Numbered from the stretch's first letter, positions 44,897 through 57,219 are shown. The stretch is 64,000 nt of DNA from the human T2T-CHM13v2.0 reference genome, Homo sapiens (GCF_009914755.1 NC_060933.1); one strand, 5' to 3'. The notes: generated by a model not told the origin, from the letters alone. Program-made: numbers and translations.

Positions 44897-45348
44897 AGCC
44901 TCTCTTTACTCTCTTCTCTAACCTCTTTCACTATCCCTCAACCTCTTTCTCCTTTCAATCTTGGCGCCATCTTTCAATCTCTCCCTTCTCTTAATTTCAG
45001 TTCCTTTCCTTTTCTGGTAGAGACAACTCAGGAGACGCATTTTATCCGTGAACCCAAAACTCTGGCACCAGTCACGGACTCGGGAAGGCAGCCTTCCCTT
45101 GGTGTTTAATCATTGTGGGGATGCCTGCCTGATTATTCACCCATGTTTCAGAGGTGTCTGACCACATGGGGATGGCTGCCTTGGTCCTTCACCCTTAGCG
45201 GCAAGTACTGCTTTTCTTGGGGGCAAGAATCCCCCAACCCCTTCTCTCCATGTCTCTACCCCTTCTCCACTTTCCTGGGGGCAAGCACCCCCCACCCCTT
45301 CTCTCTGTGTCTCTACCCTCTCTTTTCTCTGGACTTGCCTCCTTCACT

Positions 45349-46608
45349 ATAGGCAACCTTCCACCCTCTATTCCTCCTTCTCCCTTAGCTTGTGTTCTCA
45401 AAGGCTTAAAACCTCTTCAACTCACACCTGACCTAAAACCTAAATGTCTTATTTTCTTCTGAAAATGCCACTTGACCCCAGTACAAACTCAACAGTGGTT
45501 CCAAATAGCCAGAAAATGGCACTTTCGATTTTTCCATCCTACAAGATCTAAATAATTCTTGTCATAAAATGGGCAAATGGTCTGAGATGCCTGGCATCCA
45601 GGCATTCTTTTACACATCGGTCCCTCCCTAGTCTCTGTTCCCAATGCAACTCATCCCAAATCTTCCTTCTTTCCCTCCTGCCTGTCCCCTCAGTCCCAAC
45701 TCCAAGCGTCGCTGAGTCTTTCCTCTTTCCAATCTTTCTTTTCTACAGACCCATCTGACCTCTCCCAGGCTGCTCCTTGCCAGGCCGAGCTAGATCCCAA
45801 TTCTTTCTCAGCCTCTGCTCCTCTACCCGATAATCCTTTTATCACCTCCCCTCCTCACACCTGGTCTGGCTTACAGTTTCATTCCATGACTAGCCCTCCC
45901 CCACCTGCCCAGCAATTTCTTCTTAAAAAGGTGGCTGGAGCTAAAGGCATAGTCAAGGTTAATGCTCCTTTTTCTTTATCCTACGTCTCCCAAATCAGTT
46001 AGCATTTAGGCTCATTCATCAAATATAAAAACCCGGTCCAGTTCATGGCTCGTTTGGCAGCAACCCTGAGACACTTTACAGCCCTAGACTCTGAAAGGTC
46101 AGAAGGCCGGCTTATTCTCAATATGCATTTTATTTTATTACCCAATCTGCTCCCAACATTAAATAAGCTCCAAAAATTAAATTCGGACCCTCAAACCCCA
46201 CAACAAGACTTGATTAACCTCGCCTTCAAGGTATACAATAATAGAGTACAGGCGGCCAAGTAGCAATGTATTTCTGAGTTGCAATTCCTTGCCTCCACCG
46301 TGAGACAAACCCCAGCCACATCTCCAGCACACAAGAACTTCCAAATGCCTAAACTGCAGTGGCCAGGGATTCTTCCAGGCCCACCTCCCCCAGGAGCTTG
46401 CTGTAAGTGCCAGAAATCTGGCCACTGGGCCAAGGAATGCCTGCAGCCTGGGATTCCTCCTAAGCCATGTCCCATCTCTGCAGGACCCCACTGAAAATTG
46501 GACTGTTCAACTCACCTGGCAGCCACTCCCAGAACGCCTGGAAATGTGGCCCAAGGCTCTCTGACTGACTCCTTCCCACATCTTCTCTGCTTAGTGGCTG
46601 AAGACTGA
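45349..46608 (+). pseudogene. gag: Defective HERV-H gag
   Basis: (I)GNLPPSIPPSPLAC with the start ATG changed to ATA; CCHC knuckle CCKCQKSGHWAKEC (ORF 46279-46494); stops and frameshifts. Confidence 0.85.
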
Positions 46609-47000
46609 TGCTGCCGATCGCCTCGGAAGCCCCCTACACCATCATGGATGCCGATCTTCAGTAACTCTCACAGTGGAGGGTAAGTCCGTCCCCTTCTTAA
46701 TCAATACAGAGGCTACCCACTCCACATTACCTTCTTTTCAAGGGCCTGTTTCCCTTGCCTCCATAACTGTTGTAGGTATTGACAGCCAGGCTTCTAAACC
46801 TCCTAAAACTCCCCAACTCTGGGGCCAACTTAGACACTACTCTTTTAAGCACTCCTTTTTAGTTATCCCCACCTGCCCAGTTCCCTTATTAGGCCGAGAT
46901 ATTTTAACTAAATTATCTGCTTCCCTGACTATTCCTGGGCTACAGCCACACCTCATTGCCGCCTTTTCCCCCAGTTCAAAGCCTCCTTCACATTCTCCCC
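46609..47000 (+). pseudogene. pro: HERV-H protease remnant
   Basis: FLINTEATHS (catalytic DTG reads NTE) and PLLGRDIL motif in ORF 46673-47098. Confidence 0.85.
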
Positions 47001-47099
47001 TCATATCTCCCCAACTTAACCCTCAAGTATGGGATACCTCCCTCTACTCCCTCCTTAGTGACCGATCATGCACCCCTTACCATCCCATTAAAACCTAAT

Positions 47100-49060
47100 C
47101 ACCCTTACCCTGCTCAATGTCAATATCCCATCCCGCAGCATGCTTTAAAGGGATTAAAGCCTGTTATCACTCACCTGTTACAGCATGTCCTTTTAAAGCC
47201 TATGAACTCTCCTTAAAATTCCCCCATTTTATCTGCCCAAAAACTGGACAAGTCTTACAGGTGAGTTCAGGATCTGCGCCTTATCAACCAAATTGTTTTG
47301 GCTATCCACCCCGTGGTGCCAAACCCATATACTCTCCTATCCTAAATACCTTCCTCCACAAACCTATTATTCTATTCTGGATCTCAAACATGCTTTCTTT
47401 ACTATTCCTTTGCACTCTTCACCCCAGCCTCTCTTCGCTTTCACTTAGACTGACCCTGACACCCATCAGGCTCAGCAAATTACCTGGGCTGTACTGCCTC
47501 AAGGCTTCACAGACAGTCCCCATTACTTCAGTCAAGCCCAAATTTCTTCCTCATCTGTTACCTATCTTGACATAATTCTCATGAAAACACACCTGCTCTC
47601 CCTGCTGATCGTGTCCGGCTAACCTCCCAAACCCCAATCCCTTCTACAAAATAACAGCTCCTTTCCTTCCTAAGCATGATTAGTGTGGTCAGAATTCATA
47701 CACAAGAGCAGGGACAGCACCCTGTAGCCTTTCTGTCCAAACAACTTGACCTTACTGTTTTAGCCTAGCCCTCATGTCTGCGTGCAGTGGCTGCCACTGC
47801 CTTAATACTTTTAGAGGCCCTCAAAATCACAAACTATGCTCAACTCACTCTCTACAGTTCTCATAACTTCCGAAATCTATTTTCTTCCTCACACCTGATG
47901 CATATACTTTCTGCCCGCCTCCACTACCTCTCAGCAAGCTGAACTCATTGCCTTAACTCGAGCCCTCACTCTTGCAAAAGGACTATGCATCAATATTTGT
48001 ACTGACTCTAAATATGCCTTCCGTATCTTGCACCACCATGCTGTTATATGGGCTGAAAGAGATTTCCTCACTACACAAGGGTCCTCCATCATTAATGCCT
48101 CTTTAATAAAAATGCTTCTCAAAGCCTCTGTACTTTCAAAGGAAGCTGGAGTCATTCACTGCAAAGGCCATCAAAAGGCATCAGATTCCATCCCTCAGGA
48201 CAATGCTTATGCTGATAAGATAGCTAAAAAAGCAGCTAGCGTTCCAGTTTACATCCCTCACTTTCAGTTTTTCTCCTCCTCATCTGGCCACTCCCACCTA
48301 CTCCCTGGCTGAAACTTCCACCTATCAATGTCTTCCCACACAAGGCAAATGGTTCTTAGACCAAGGAAAATCTCTCCTTCCAGCCTCACAGGCCCATTCT
48401 ATTCTGTCGTCATTTCATAACTTCTTCCATGTAGGTTACAAGCCACTAGCCTGCCTCTTACAACCTCTCATTTCCTTTCCATCGTGGAAATCTATCCTCA
48501 AGGAAATCACTTCTCAGTGTTCCATTCTATTACTCAGGAATTGCTCAGGCCCCATCTCTTCCCTACACATCAAGCCTGGGGATTTGCCCCTGCCCAGGAC
48601 TGGCAAATTGACTTTACTCACATGCCTCACAGGAAACTAAAATACCTCTTGGTTTAGGTAGACACGTTCGCTGGATGGGTAGATGCCTTTCCCACAGGGT
48701 CTAAGAAGGCCACCGCAGTCATTTCTTCCCTTCTGTCAGACATAATTCCTCGGTTTGGCCTTCCCACCTCTATACAGTCCGATAACGGACCGGCCTTTAT
48801 TAGTTAAATCACCCAAGCAGTTTTTCAGGGTCTCGGTATTCAGTGAAATCTTATATCCCTTACCGTCCTCAATCTTCAGGAAAGGTAGAACAGACTAATA
48901 GTCTTTTAAAAACACACCTCACCAAGCTCAGCCACCACCTTAAAAAGGACTGTACAATACTTTTACCACTTGCCCTTCTCAGAATTCGGGCCTGTCCTCG
49001 GAATGCTACAGGGTACAGCCCATTTAAGCTCCTGTATAGACGCTCCTTTTTATTAGGCCC
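47100..49060 (+). pseudogene. pol: Defective HERV-H pol (RT, RNase H, integrase fragments)
   Basis: VQDLRLIN, LDLKHAFFTIP, WAVLPQGFTDSP with the YxDD block deleted; TDSKYAF, HCKGHQ; WQIDFTHMP, SDNGPAF, PQSSGKVE. Confidence 0.9.
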
Positions 49061-49665
49061 CAGTCTCATTCCAGACACCAGACCAACTTGGACTGCACCC
49101 CAAAAAACTTGTCATCCCTACTATCTTCTGTCTAATCATACTCCTATTCACCGTTCTCAACTATTCATAAATGCCCTGCTCTTGTTTACACTGCTGGTTT
49201 ACACTGTTTCTCCAAGCCATCACAGCTGATATCTCCTAGTGCTATCCCCAAACTGCCACTCTTAACTCTTAAAGTACATAAATAATCTTTGCTGGCAAGG
49301 CTATGCTGAACCTCCTTGGGCACTCTCTAATTAGATGTCCTAGGTCCTCCCAATTCTTAGTCCTTTAATACCTGTTTTTCTCCTTCTTTTATTCCATTTA
49401 GTTTTTCAATTCACACAAAACCATATCCAGGCCATCACCAATAATTCTACATGACAAATGTTTCTTCTCACAACCCCACAGTATCACCCCTTACCACAAA
49501 ATCTTCCTTCAGCTTAATCTCTCCCACTCTAGGTTCCCATGCCAACCCTAATCCCGCCCGAAGCAGCCCCGAGAAACATCGCCCATTATCTCTCCATACC
49601 ACCTCCAAAAATTTTTGTCTCCCCAACACTTTACCACTATTTTGTTTTATTTTTCTTATTAATAT

Positions 49666-49678
49666 AAGAAGACAGGAA
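49666..49678 (+). other. Polypurine tract
   Basis: AAGAAGACAGGAA directly before the 3' LTR TG. Confidence 0.8.
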
Positions 49679-50172
49679 TGTCAGGCCTTTGAGCCCAAGC
49701 TAAGCCATCATATCCCGTGACCTGCACATACACATCCAGGTGGCTGGTTCCTGCCTTAACTGGTGACATACCACAACAAAAGAAGTGAAAATGGTCTGTT
49801 CCTGCCTTAACTGATGACATTACCTTGTGAAATTCCTTCTCCTGGCTCATAAGCTCCCCCGCTGAGCACCTTGTGACCCCACCCCCACCCCTGCCCGCCA
49901 GAGAACAACCCCTCTTTTTCCTTCACCTACCCAAATCTTATGAAACGGCCCCATCTCTATCTCCCTTTGCTGACTCTCTTTTCAGACTCAGCCCGCCTGC
50001 ACCCAGGTGAAATAAACAGCCTTGTTGCTCACACAAAGCCTGTTTAGTGGTCTCTTCGCACGGACGCGTGTGATCTTTTCGGACTCAGCCCACCTGCACC
50101 CAGGTGCAATAAACAGCCTTGTTGCTCACACAAAGCCTGTTTAGTGGTCTCTTCACAGGGACGCAAGCGAAA
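49679..50172 (+). mobile_element. HERV-H 3' LTR with tandemly duplicated R-U5 (49977-50073, 50074-50172)
   Basis: TGTCAGGCC start; two copies of TCTTTTC(A/G)GACTCAGCCC..AATAAACAGCC..GGACGC. Confidence 0.95.
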
Positions 50173-50383
50173 AGTTCCATGCTTGAACTTTTAGAAGGAC
50201 ACTTGGTTCCAAAATCTTAGTTAATTTCATGTATCTCCTTGCTCTCTTGTTTCAAATATAGTATTAAAAACATGGCATCTTGCTAAGATTCCTGAGCATT
50301 TCCTTTTTTCATCTTCTATTTTTATCTGGAACAATATTGTATCTGGGCTTTCTCTTTTATTCATCTCTTATTAGTACTTGTGC

Positions 50384-50693
50384 TTTTTTCTTTTTTTTTT
50401 TTTTTTTGAGACAGAGTCTCGTTCTGTCACCCAGGCTGGAGTGCTGTGGCATGATCTCAGCTCACTGCAAGCTCCGCCTCCCGGGTTCACACCATTCCAT
50501 TCTCCTGCCTCAGCCTCCTGAGTAGCTGGGACTACAGACACCTGCCACCGTGCCCGGCTAATTTTTTGTATTTTTAGTAGAGACAGGGTTTCACCATTTT
50601 AGCCAGGATGGTCTTGATCCCCTGACCTCGTGATCCACCCGCCTCGGCCACCAAAAGTACTGGGATTACAGGTGTCAGCCACTGCGCCCTGCA
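50384..50693 (-). mobile_element. AluY-like
   Basis: CTGCAAGCTCCGCCTCCCGGGTTCAC, TTAGCCAGGATGGTC; no TSD seen. Confidence 0.93.
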
Positions 50694-51738
50694 GTTCCAT
50701 TCCTGTGGGATCCTCTCCTGAAAGGAGGCTGTGGAGATCAGTTTGAAGAGTTCACAGAAGTCCTTTAGGGCTTTACCACCCACTACTTTTACTATCCTGC
50801 CAGTCAAGTGGGAAATGTTTCTTCTAGCTTCAACTGCCATTCTCAGGGGCAGGCATTCCTTACACCATCTAGTGAATACCTGCTGGCAAATGTGAGTTCA
50901 TCAGAAACTCCATTGCTTCTCTCTACTTTCTCCCTTACAGGTGCCTACCAGATACAGATCTTGATGGCAGTGTATTTTGGGTTTGTGGTATTCCTTGCCA
51001 CCTATTTAAGTTCGAAATACTTTACATATATTGTTATTTTTGCCATCTAGATGCTCTAATTTTATGTGAGAATTTTGGAAGAGACAAAATTTCACTGCCC
51101 CTTTTTCCTCTCTTTCCTCAATTGCACATACAGATATTCCCATATATTTACTGATAAAGTACTTATCTAATTAACAATGTTTAAACATGAATAGGTAAAA
51201 GATAAGTAAATTGATTATTTTTGTCCTGTAAGATGTGTTTTTAACCCTAACTGACACAGGAATCTCATAGAAAGCAAATAAGAATACTTTTGTTTTATTT
51301 TGAAAACCCCTATAAAAGGAAGTAGATCTGTAAATTTTTAGCAATGCCAAAGGAATGTGAAAGCTTCATATAGCACCATGAACTGATATTTTTGTTTTAC
51401 AGTAATACATTATTTGAATTGATATTGAATAAAAGTATGATGTGTTTCATTATCTCTGAATATTTAGTAGTCACCAGCTAGAACAAAAGTAGTGTATAAG
51501 AACCCTCAGTAGTCACATGTTTATAGTATTCAACATAATTTTATTCAGAAGCAGGGTGACTTTTAAAATATGCAATTATATCACATATAACAAGTGATTA
51601 GATGTTAGGAAGAATATATTGTTTCTGGAAGGCTTTTCCCCATCTTCTAGATCATTGTAAATGCATTTACTATTCAATTATCTGGTATTTCCTTTTATGT
51701 AATCATACTGAGTTGGATAAAAATATTTCAAGTATACA

Positions 51739-52034
51739 GGCCAGGTGCAGTGGCTCACACCTATAATCCCAGCAATTTGGGTGGCCAAGGCAGGGGTATC
51801 ACTTGAACCCAAGAGTTGGAGACCAGCGTGAGCAACATAGTAAGACCTTGTCTCTACAAAAAAAGAAAAAAATATATTAGCTGGACATGGTCGTGTGTGC
51901 CTGTATTCCCATCTACTGAGTGGGTGAGTTGAGGGAGGATCTCTTGAGCCTGAGAGGTCTAAGTGGATTGTGACACTGTACTCCAGCCTGTATGACAGAG
52001 GGAGACCCTGTCTCAAAAAAAAAAAAAAAAAAAA
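51739..52034 (+). mobile_element. AluJ with small right-arm deletion
   Basis: GCAACATAGTAAGACC, GGGAGGATC..TTGAGCC; TSD AAGTATACA at 51730-51738 and 52035-52043. Confidence 0.9.
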
Positions 52035-52349
52035 AAGTATACAAACCTCCCCCCTTTTAAAGGAAAATATATTATTGAAAAAACTTTGGAACTGGTATTA
52101 GTTTCTGGGAAAACAATCAAAACTAGGTGTATTTTTTTAATAGACAACATTTCCTCCTTTGACTTCTGTTATTGCATAGCTACATCAAATCAATCAATAA
52201 AATGGCATTGATTTGAGTTGTATCTTGACTACACTACAGTGAAGTGATTTGCTTACTAACACAGAGTGCATTTTAAAACCTTTTCCCCCCAGAAGGAAAT
52301 CTTAATTCACATAAATTCTAACTGCTTTTATATAAGGGTAGTAAAAGTT

Positions 52350-52476
52350 AAAGAATGGACAGTAGTGACAGTTCCATAACATTATGAATGTAGTTAATAC
52401 CACTAAATTATCTACTTAAAAATGGCTAAGATGATAAATTTTCTATTATGTGTATTTTACCACAATTTTGAAAAAG
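52350..52476 (+). mobile_element. L1MB/ME-like 3' terminus
   Basis: ATGAATGTAGTTAATACCACTAAATT..ACTTAAAATGG..ATGTGTATTTTACCACAAT. Confidence 0.75.
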
Positions 52477-52568
52477 CTGGAAAAAATAGCTAAAGGATGC
52501 CTACCTACATTGAAATAGCACTTGTCCGGCAGATATTGATAGAGACTCATCCTCCTTGCAACTATAAT

Positions 52569-52839
52569 TTATTTTATTTTATTTTAATTTTATTATTATT
52601 ATACTTTAAGACACATGCACACGTATGTTTATTGTGGCACTATTCACAATAGCAAAGACTTGGAACCAACCCAGATGTCCAACAATGATAGAGTGGATTA
52701 AGAAAATGTGGCACATATACACCATGGAATACTATGCAGCCATAAAAAATGATGAGTTCATGTCCTTTGTAGGGACATGGATGAAACTGGAAACCATCAT
52801 TCTCAGCAAACTATCGCAAGGACAAAAAACCAAACACCA
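52569..52839 (-). mobile_element. Very short inverted L1PA insertion (antisense tail plus sense internal piece)
   Basis: T-rich tail and ATACTTTAAG to 52610, then sense L1 to CAAACACCAC; direct repeat CAACTATAAT at 52559-52568 and 52840-52849. Confidence 0.9.
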
Positions 52840-53181
52840 CAACTATAATGTTTTTTAAAGAAAGAAATGGCTGAATGACAAACACGTGGTTCTGAAAACA
52901 AAAAAATCCAAAGATAGCCTATAATCAGAGTGCAAAAAAACATTCCATGAAATATTAATCAATGCAACTAAATTGAGGGGAATAAACAACAACAAAGCTC
53001 TGGTGGTCTAGTAATACTTTATTTCATGAACTGGAAGAGTCCCACTACTGAGAAAGGTGACAGGAATCCCTTATGTTCTCCTTTACTTTCTACCTCCTGG
53101 ATCAGGGCACAGGGTTGCCATCTTTTCAATAACAAGCAGCTTTTCTTTGAGTTTGCAGAGTTTCAGTAATGGCTTAAGAAA

Positions 53182-53182
<1 letters not shown>

Positions 53183-53212
<30 letters not shown>
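53183..53212. repeat. (TG)n microsatellite
   Basis: About 15 uninterrupted TG units. Confidence 0.95.
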
Positions 53213-53214
<2 letters not shown>

Positions 53215-55054
53215 AAGTGTTGTATATATTGATTTGACACATTTTAGGAACTCAATCAATAGTACATATGTAACTATGATTTCTGTTTCCTCAGATAACA
53301 GCTGAGAAAGACTTTTATATACTATAATGTTTAACTGCTTTGTATGAAGTCCAGAGGTTAGTACCCTCCATTGGCTCCGTGGTGAACATTCTCTCATCAT
53401 AGACATTTGCTCTTGGAAAAACGTAAGAAGTAGTACATAATTTAGCTTGGCTCAACAAGAAGATTTTCATATATTAAGAGGTCCTGATGCGTGAAGAACC
53501 CATTATTATAGTTAAATACAGGTTAATAATCAAAGTTTTAGTGTGGGGTTGATCTATTTAGTTATTAACTAACAACATCCTGTTTATGTGCATTAAGTTT
53601 CTATCATGCATAGAATATAAACTAATGTTTACAAAAAGTAAATAAACAAGTGAATAAATAAAGTCAGCTCTCTAAGTGGTCACACTAATCTCTTGAATGA
53701 ATGTCTGTATTTAGCTCTTTAGCTGATATTTTTATCATTGTTTGCTTCATATTCAGTGTTCCTAACAAGCTACACAGCTTGGGAAATTTAAGGAGAAAGT
53801 ACTTGAGAGAATCAGTAAGAAGAATAGTTGTAAATGTTTTAGAAAGCAAAGGCCAAAGCTCTAACTAATAGATTCTAGGTCTAAAGAGGTATTTGAATAA
53901 ATGTAAGATATAGCATATAGCATGTCTGTAATTGTTAGTACACAAAATTATTGCATAACTATTGGCATTAAATCATTACATTTTAAAAATTACCTTGATA
54001 TATTTTTATGTAAGAGCTCTAAATATTCACATTCAATTTTTCTACAGACTATCAATCATGTCTTCAGCTATCTACAACTTCTAGCTGCTATTAACTTCTT
54101 ATGCTGGGAATGCAATGTCTAAAATCCATTGCTGTGTGGTAAATTAGAAAGAAAAGTGATGTCTTATTTGAGGAAATTATTGATATTTGCTTTTATATTA
54201 CTTTTTGGCATGTTTACCGCAATTGTACATGGTATTCTTGTTAGGTTATCCAGATTTTGGAATTGTAAACGGTGTGATAAGCATCTTGGAACATCTCAAT
54301 AATCTTACAAAAATAAGGACCTTGGTCTGGAAGCCCTAAAATATTTTATGCAAAAGAAGTATTATCAAACGCAATGACAAATAGCTACAGAAAGCCAAGT
54401 CTTGCATAAAAATAGGCATCATCCATCATTACAATAGAACTACTGAACACCCACCAAGTTCCTGATAATCAGTATTACAACACTTAAGTAACCTCAGTCA
54501 TTCCAGGGCTTCCTTACATAGACGCTAATTACTAAATATTTGGTTAACTGGAAAATTGAGAAGTTCAATTCATGAATATTTACTGAGTGCCTACTATGTA
54601 TCCAGCAGTGTGGTGCAGAAATCAAGATAAGAATTAAGCCTGTAACTCACAAGCAAAACGTGTACTCATGATCTAAAAAGCACATGTGTTCTTCCTCTCA
54701 TTCACTTCTGGGAAATAAAACAGTGTTTAAAACTACTCTAGAAGTCCAGGGTAGTACATTAGGGAAATGTCCTAAATAATGTCTCCGTGGAATCCACTTC
54801 TTGCTCTGGATTTTCCTAAGAAGCAAGTAAGTTGGCCCACAGAATTAGATAGACTGTGGGCATTTTCACATGCTTAAGGAAACATCAAAGCTCCATAGAA
54901 AATGTGGGTGCTGACAAGAAATTAGGGAACATCTGTCTTATTCCTCTATAAGTATTTAACAAAAAAAGTGCCAAAAATAAATTTATAAATGTGGCCAGTT
55001 AATGGTAGACAAGAACAAGTCCAGGGCTCCAAATGTCCAGTTCAGAGCTCCTTC

Positions 55055-55588
55055 TGTAAGAAGTGTTCCAACAAGAGTGACTCCATCTTGAGTGAGGGCT
55101 AGGAAATTGAGGCTGCGACTTGCTAGGCTGCATTCCCAGAAAGTTAGGTATTCTTAACCTCTTAGATGTTTACGGCTAAGGGAACAGATTGATAATGTTT
55201 ACTAAACATACCTGGACTTGGGAGTGTCCAGATATCCCAATATCTTGAGAACAAAGGCATTCCTAATTTTTCTTTAAAGATAATAATATTGATTCTTGCA
55301 AAATGTAGTAATTATGAAAATCAATCCTTTATCACAAGCCCTTGTAGCAAAGCACATCTCCTGTGATTTTTTTAAATTATATATATACAAGTACTGTACC
55401 TACAATGGACGCATTCCTTTTACTTTCAGGAATGCCCTACTCTGTCTGTGGAGTAGCTGTTCTTTCACCACTTTACTTTCTTAATAAACTTGCTTTTGCT
55501 TTACACTGTGGACGCGTCCTCAATTCTTTCTTGTGCAAGATCCAGACACCTCTCTTGGGGTTTGGATCCAGACCCCTTTCCTGTAACA
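55055..55588 (+). mobile_element. MER41-family solo LTR (ERV1)
   Basis: AGAGTGACTCCATCTTGAGTGAGGGCTAGG..CTGCATTCCCAGA; TTAATAAACTTGCTTT; end CCCCTTTCCTGTAACA. Confidence 0.88.
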
Positions 55589-55879
55589 TTTATACCAAAC
55601 TACATCAGCTTTTTCCCAGTCTCATACCTAAATTAGGCTAACATTGAAAGTAAGATCAAAACAGTTATAAGATGGCATTATGTGGTTGCCAATTAGTCAA
55701 ACATGAATAGGTTCTAGAAGTAGCTCTTAAGTCCCAGAATACATTGAGCAAACATTTTGAATATTTCTTGAATTCATTAATGACCCTAGAACTGTTACCT
55801 CTCAATGACTATACTATTAAAGAATATACTTATGGCTGTAAAGAATCAAAATTACAGAACAATAGAAATATGGTTTTTA

Positions 55880-56131
55880 GGATGAGGCAGGCAGATCGCT
55901 TGAGCTCTGGAGTTTCAGACCAGCCTGGTCAACATGGCAAAACCCCATCTCTACAAAAAATACAAACATTAGCCAGGACTGATGGTGCATGCCTTTAGTC
56001 CCAGCTACTTGGGAGGCAGGCTGTAGTGAGCCGAGATTCACACCACTGCACTCCAACCTGGGTGACACAGTGAGACCCTGTCTCAAGAAAAAAGAGAAAG
56101 AAAAAAAAAAAGAAAGAAAGAAAAAAAAGAA
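55880..56131 (+). mobile_element. AluJ, 5'-truncated with internal deletion
   Basis: GATCGCTTGAGCTC..GGCTGTAGTGAGCCGAGAT..GTGAGACCCTGTCTC then A-rich tail. Confidence 0.88.
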
Positions 56132-57219
56132 ATATGTTTTTTATAGGACAGACTTTTAACTGGTTATTTTTTCTTAATTTGTTTTCTCATGTTTCTGACA
56201 AAGATTTAAAATCAATCTACTGAATAGGTTACAGTGAAATATCAATGAGGGTTGTGTCTTCATCTGCCTCTGCTCTATTTCAGGGCAGACATTTCTGTTT
56301 TTCTGCTCTACCACTTTTCTTCAGTCTAAGAACAGGGAATTTGTGAGTGATTTTGCCATGTTATTCCTATATATGATATTAGGATTTACATTTTTGTAGT
56401 TATTCCTCAGATTACTATAGATTTCATTAATTGCTCTGAAGAACAATTCAAAACAGCATGGTTGACAAATGAGAATTTTCTCTACACCTAAAAAAAAAAA
56501 ATTCATCATTATGAGAAGTCTTTGCAGACTATTCAACTACAAAGAGAGAAAAAATAATCCTTTGACTTCTCTCTTACCTTGATTTTTTAAAATAAAAATC
56601 TCAATATTTGCAAATCACAAAGTTTTAATTTCATGGAGAAAATGAGAAAATATTATTAACTTAGTTTGTATCCTCTATTTCCTAAGAAGAAATTGCAATT
56701 AATCTAGTTTTAGAAGTTTAGATACAACTCATTCATATAGATGCACTACAAATTTAAACTACAAAAAAGCAAATTTGCAGTGTAAGTCTTACGAAATTGT
56801 TAACAGCATCTCCATTTTCTACTTCATGTAATGCATCACAAAATGTAGACACAATGACTAAGTCAGTATTGTCAGAAAAATTTTCAAAGTTGATTGAAAA
56901 TGCAAAAATTGAGAAAGGAAACCAAACATTGGGCAGAGAATGGAAATATCCAAGGAGACTCATTTTTCTCTTTGCACTGTTTTTGTCAGCCCTCATTAAG
57001 TTTTTCATTGTAAAAAAATTAGAATTTCAGTCAGTCATTCTGTAAAGAAGAAATATTTGGATTAGAGAGAATTCATTTTATATTTTTGCTTTTTGCATTA
57101 GCAATCTAATGAAAAATGGTAATTACTGAGTGGAGAGTGAAATTCACAAAATTATATAATCCCAAATTTACTAGTCAATTCCACGTTTGGTAAACTCTAA
57201 CTGTATGAGTTATCATCAC

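Larger units (their letters stand above)
44348..50172 (+). mobile_element. HERV-H provirus (common ~5.8 kb deleted type) with two LTR7-family LTRs
   Basis: LTR-PBS-gag-pro-pol-PPT-LTR order; perfect 5-bp TSD AGTTC at 44343-44347 and 50173-50177. Confidence 0.98.

Noticed and set aside
46045-49229. HERV-H ORFs as expressed viral proteins
   Set aside because: The gag start is lost, the protease DTG is altered, the RT YxDD block is deleted, there are many stops and no env ORF.
50173-50700. AGTTCCAT after both the HERV-H and the next Alu
   Set aside because: An 8-mer match with no coherent insertion geometry; compatible with chance.
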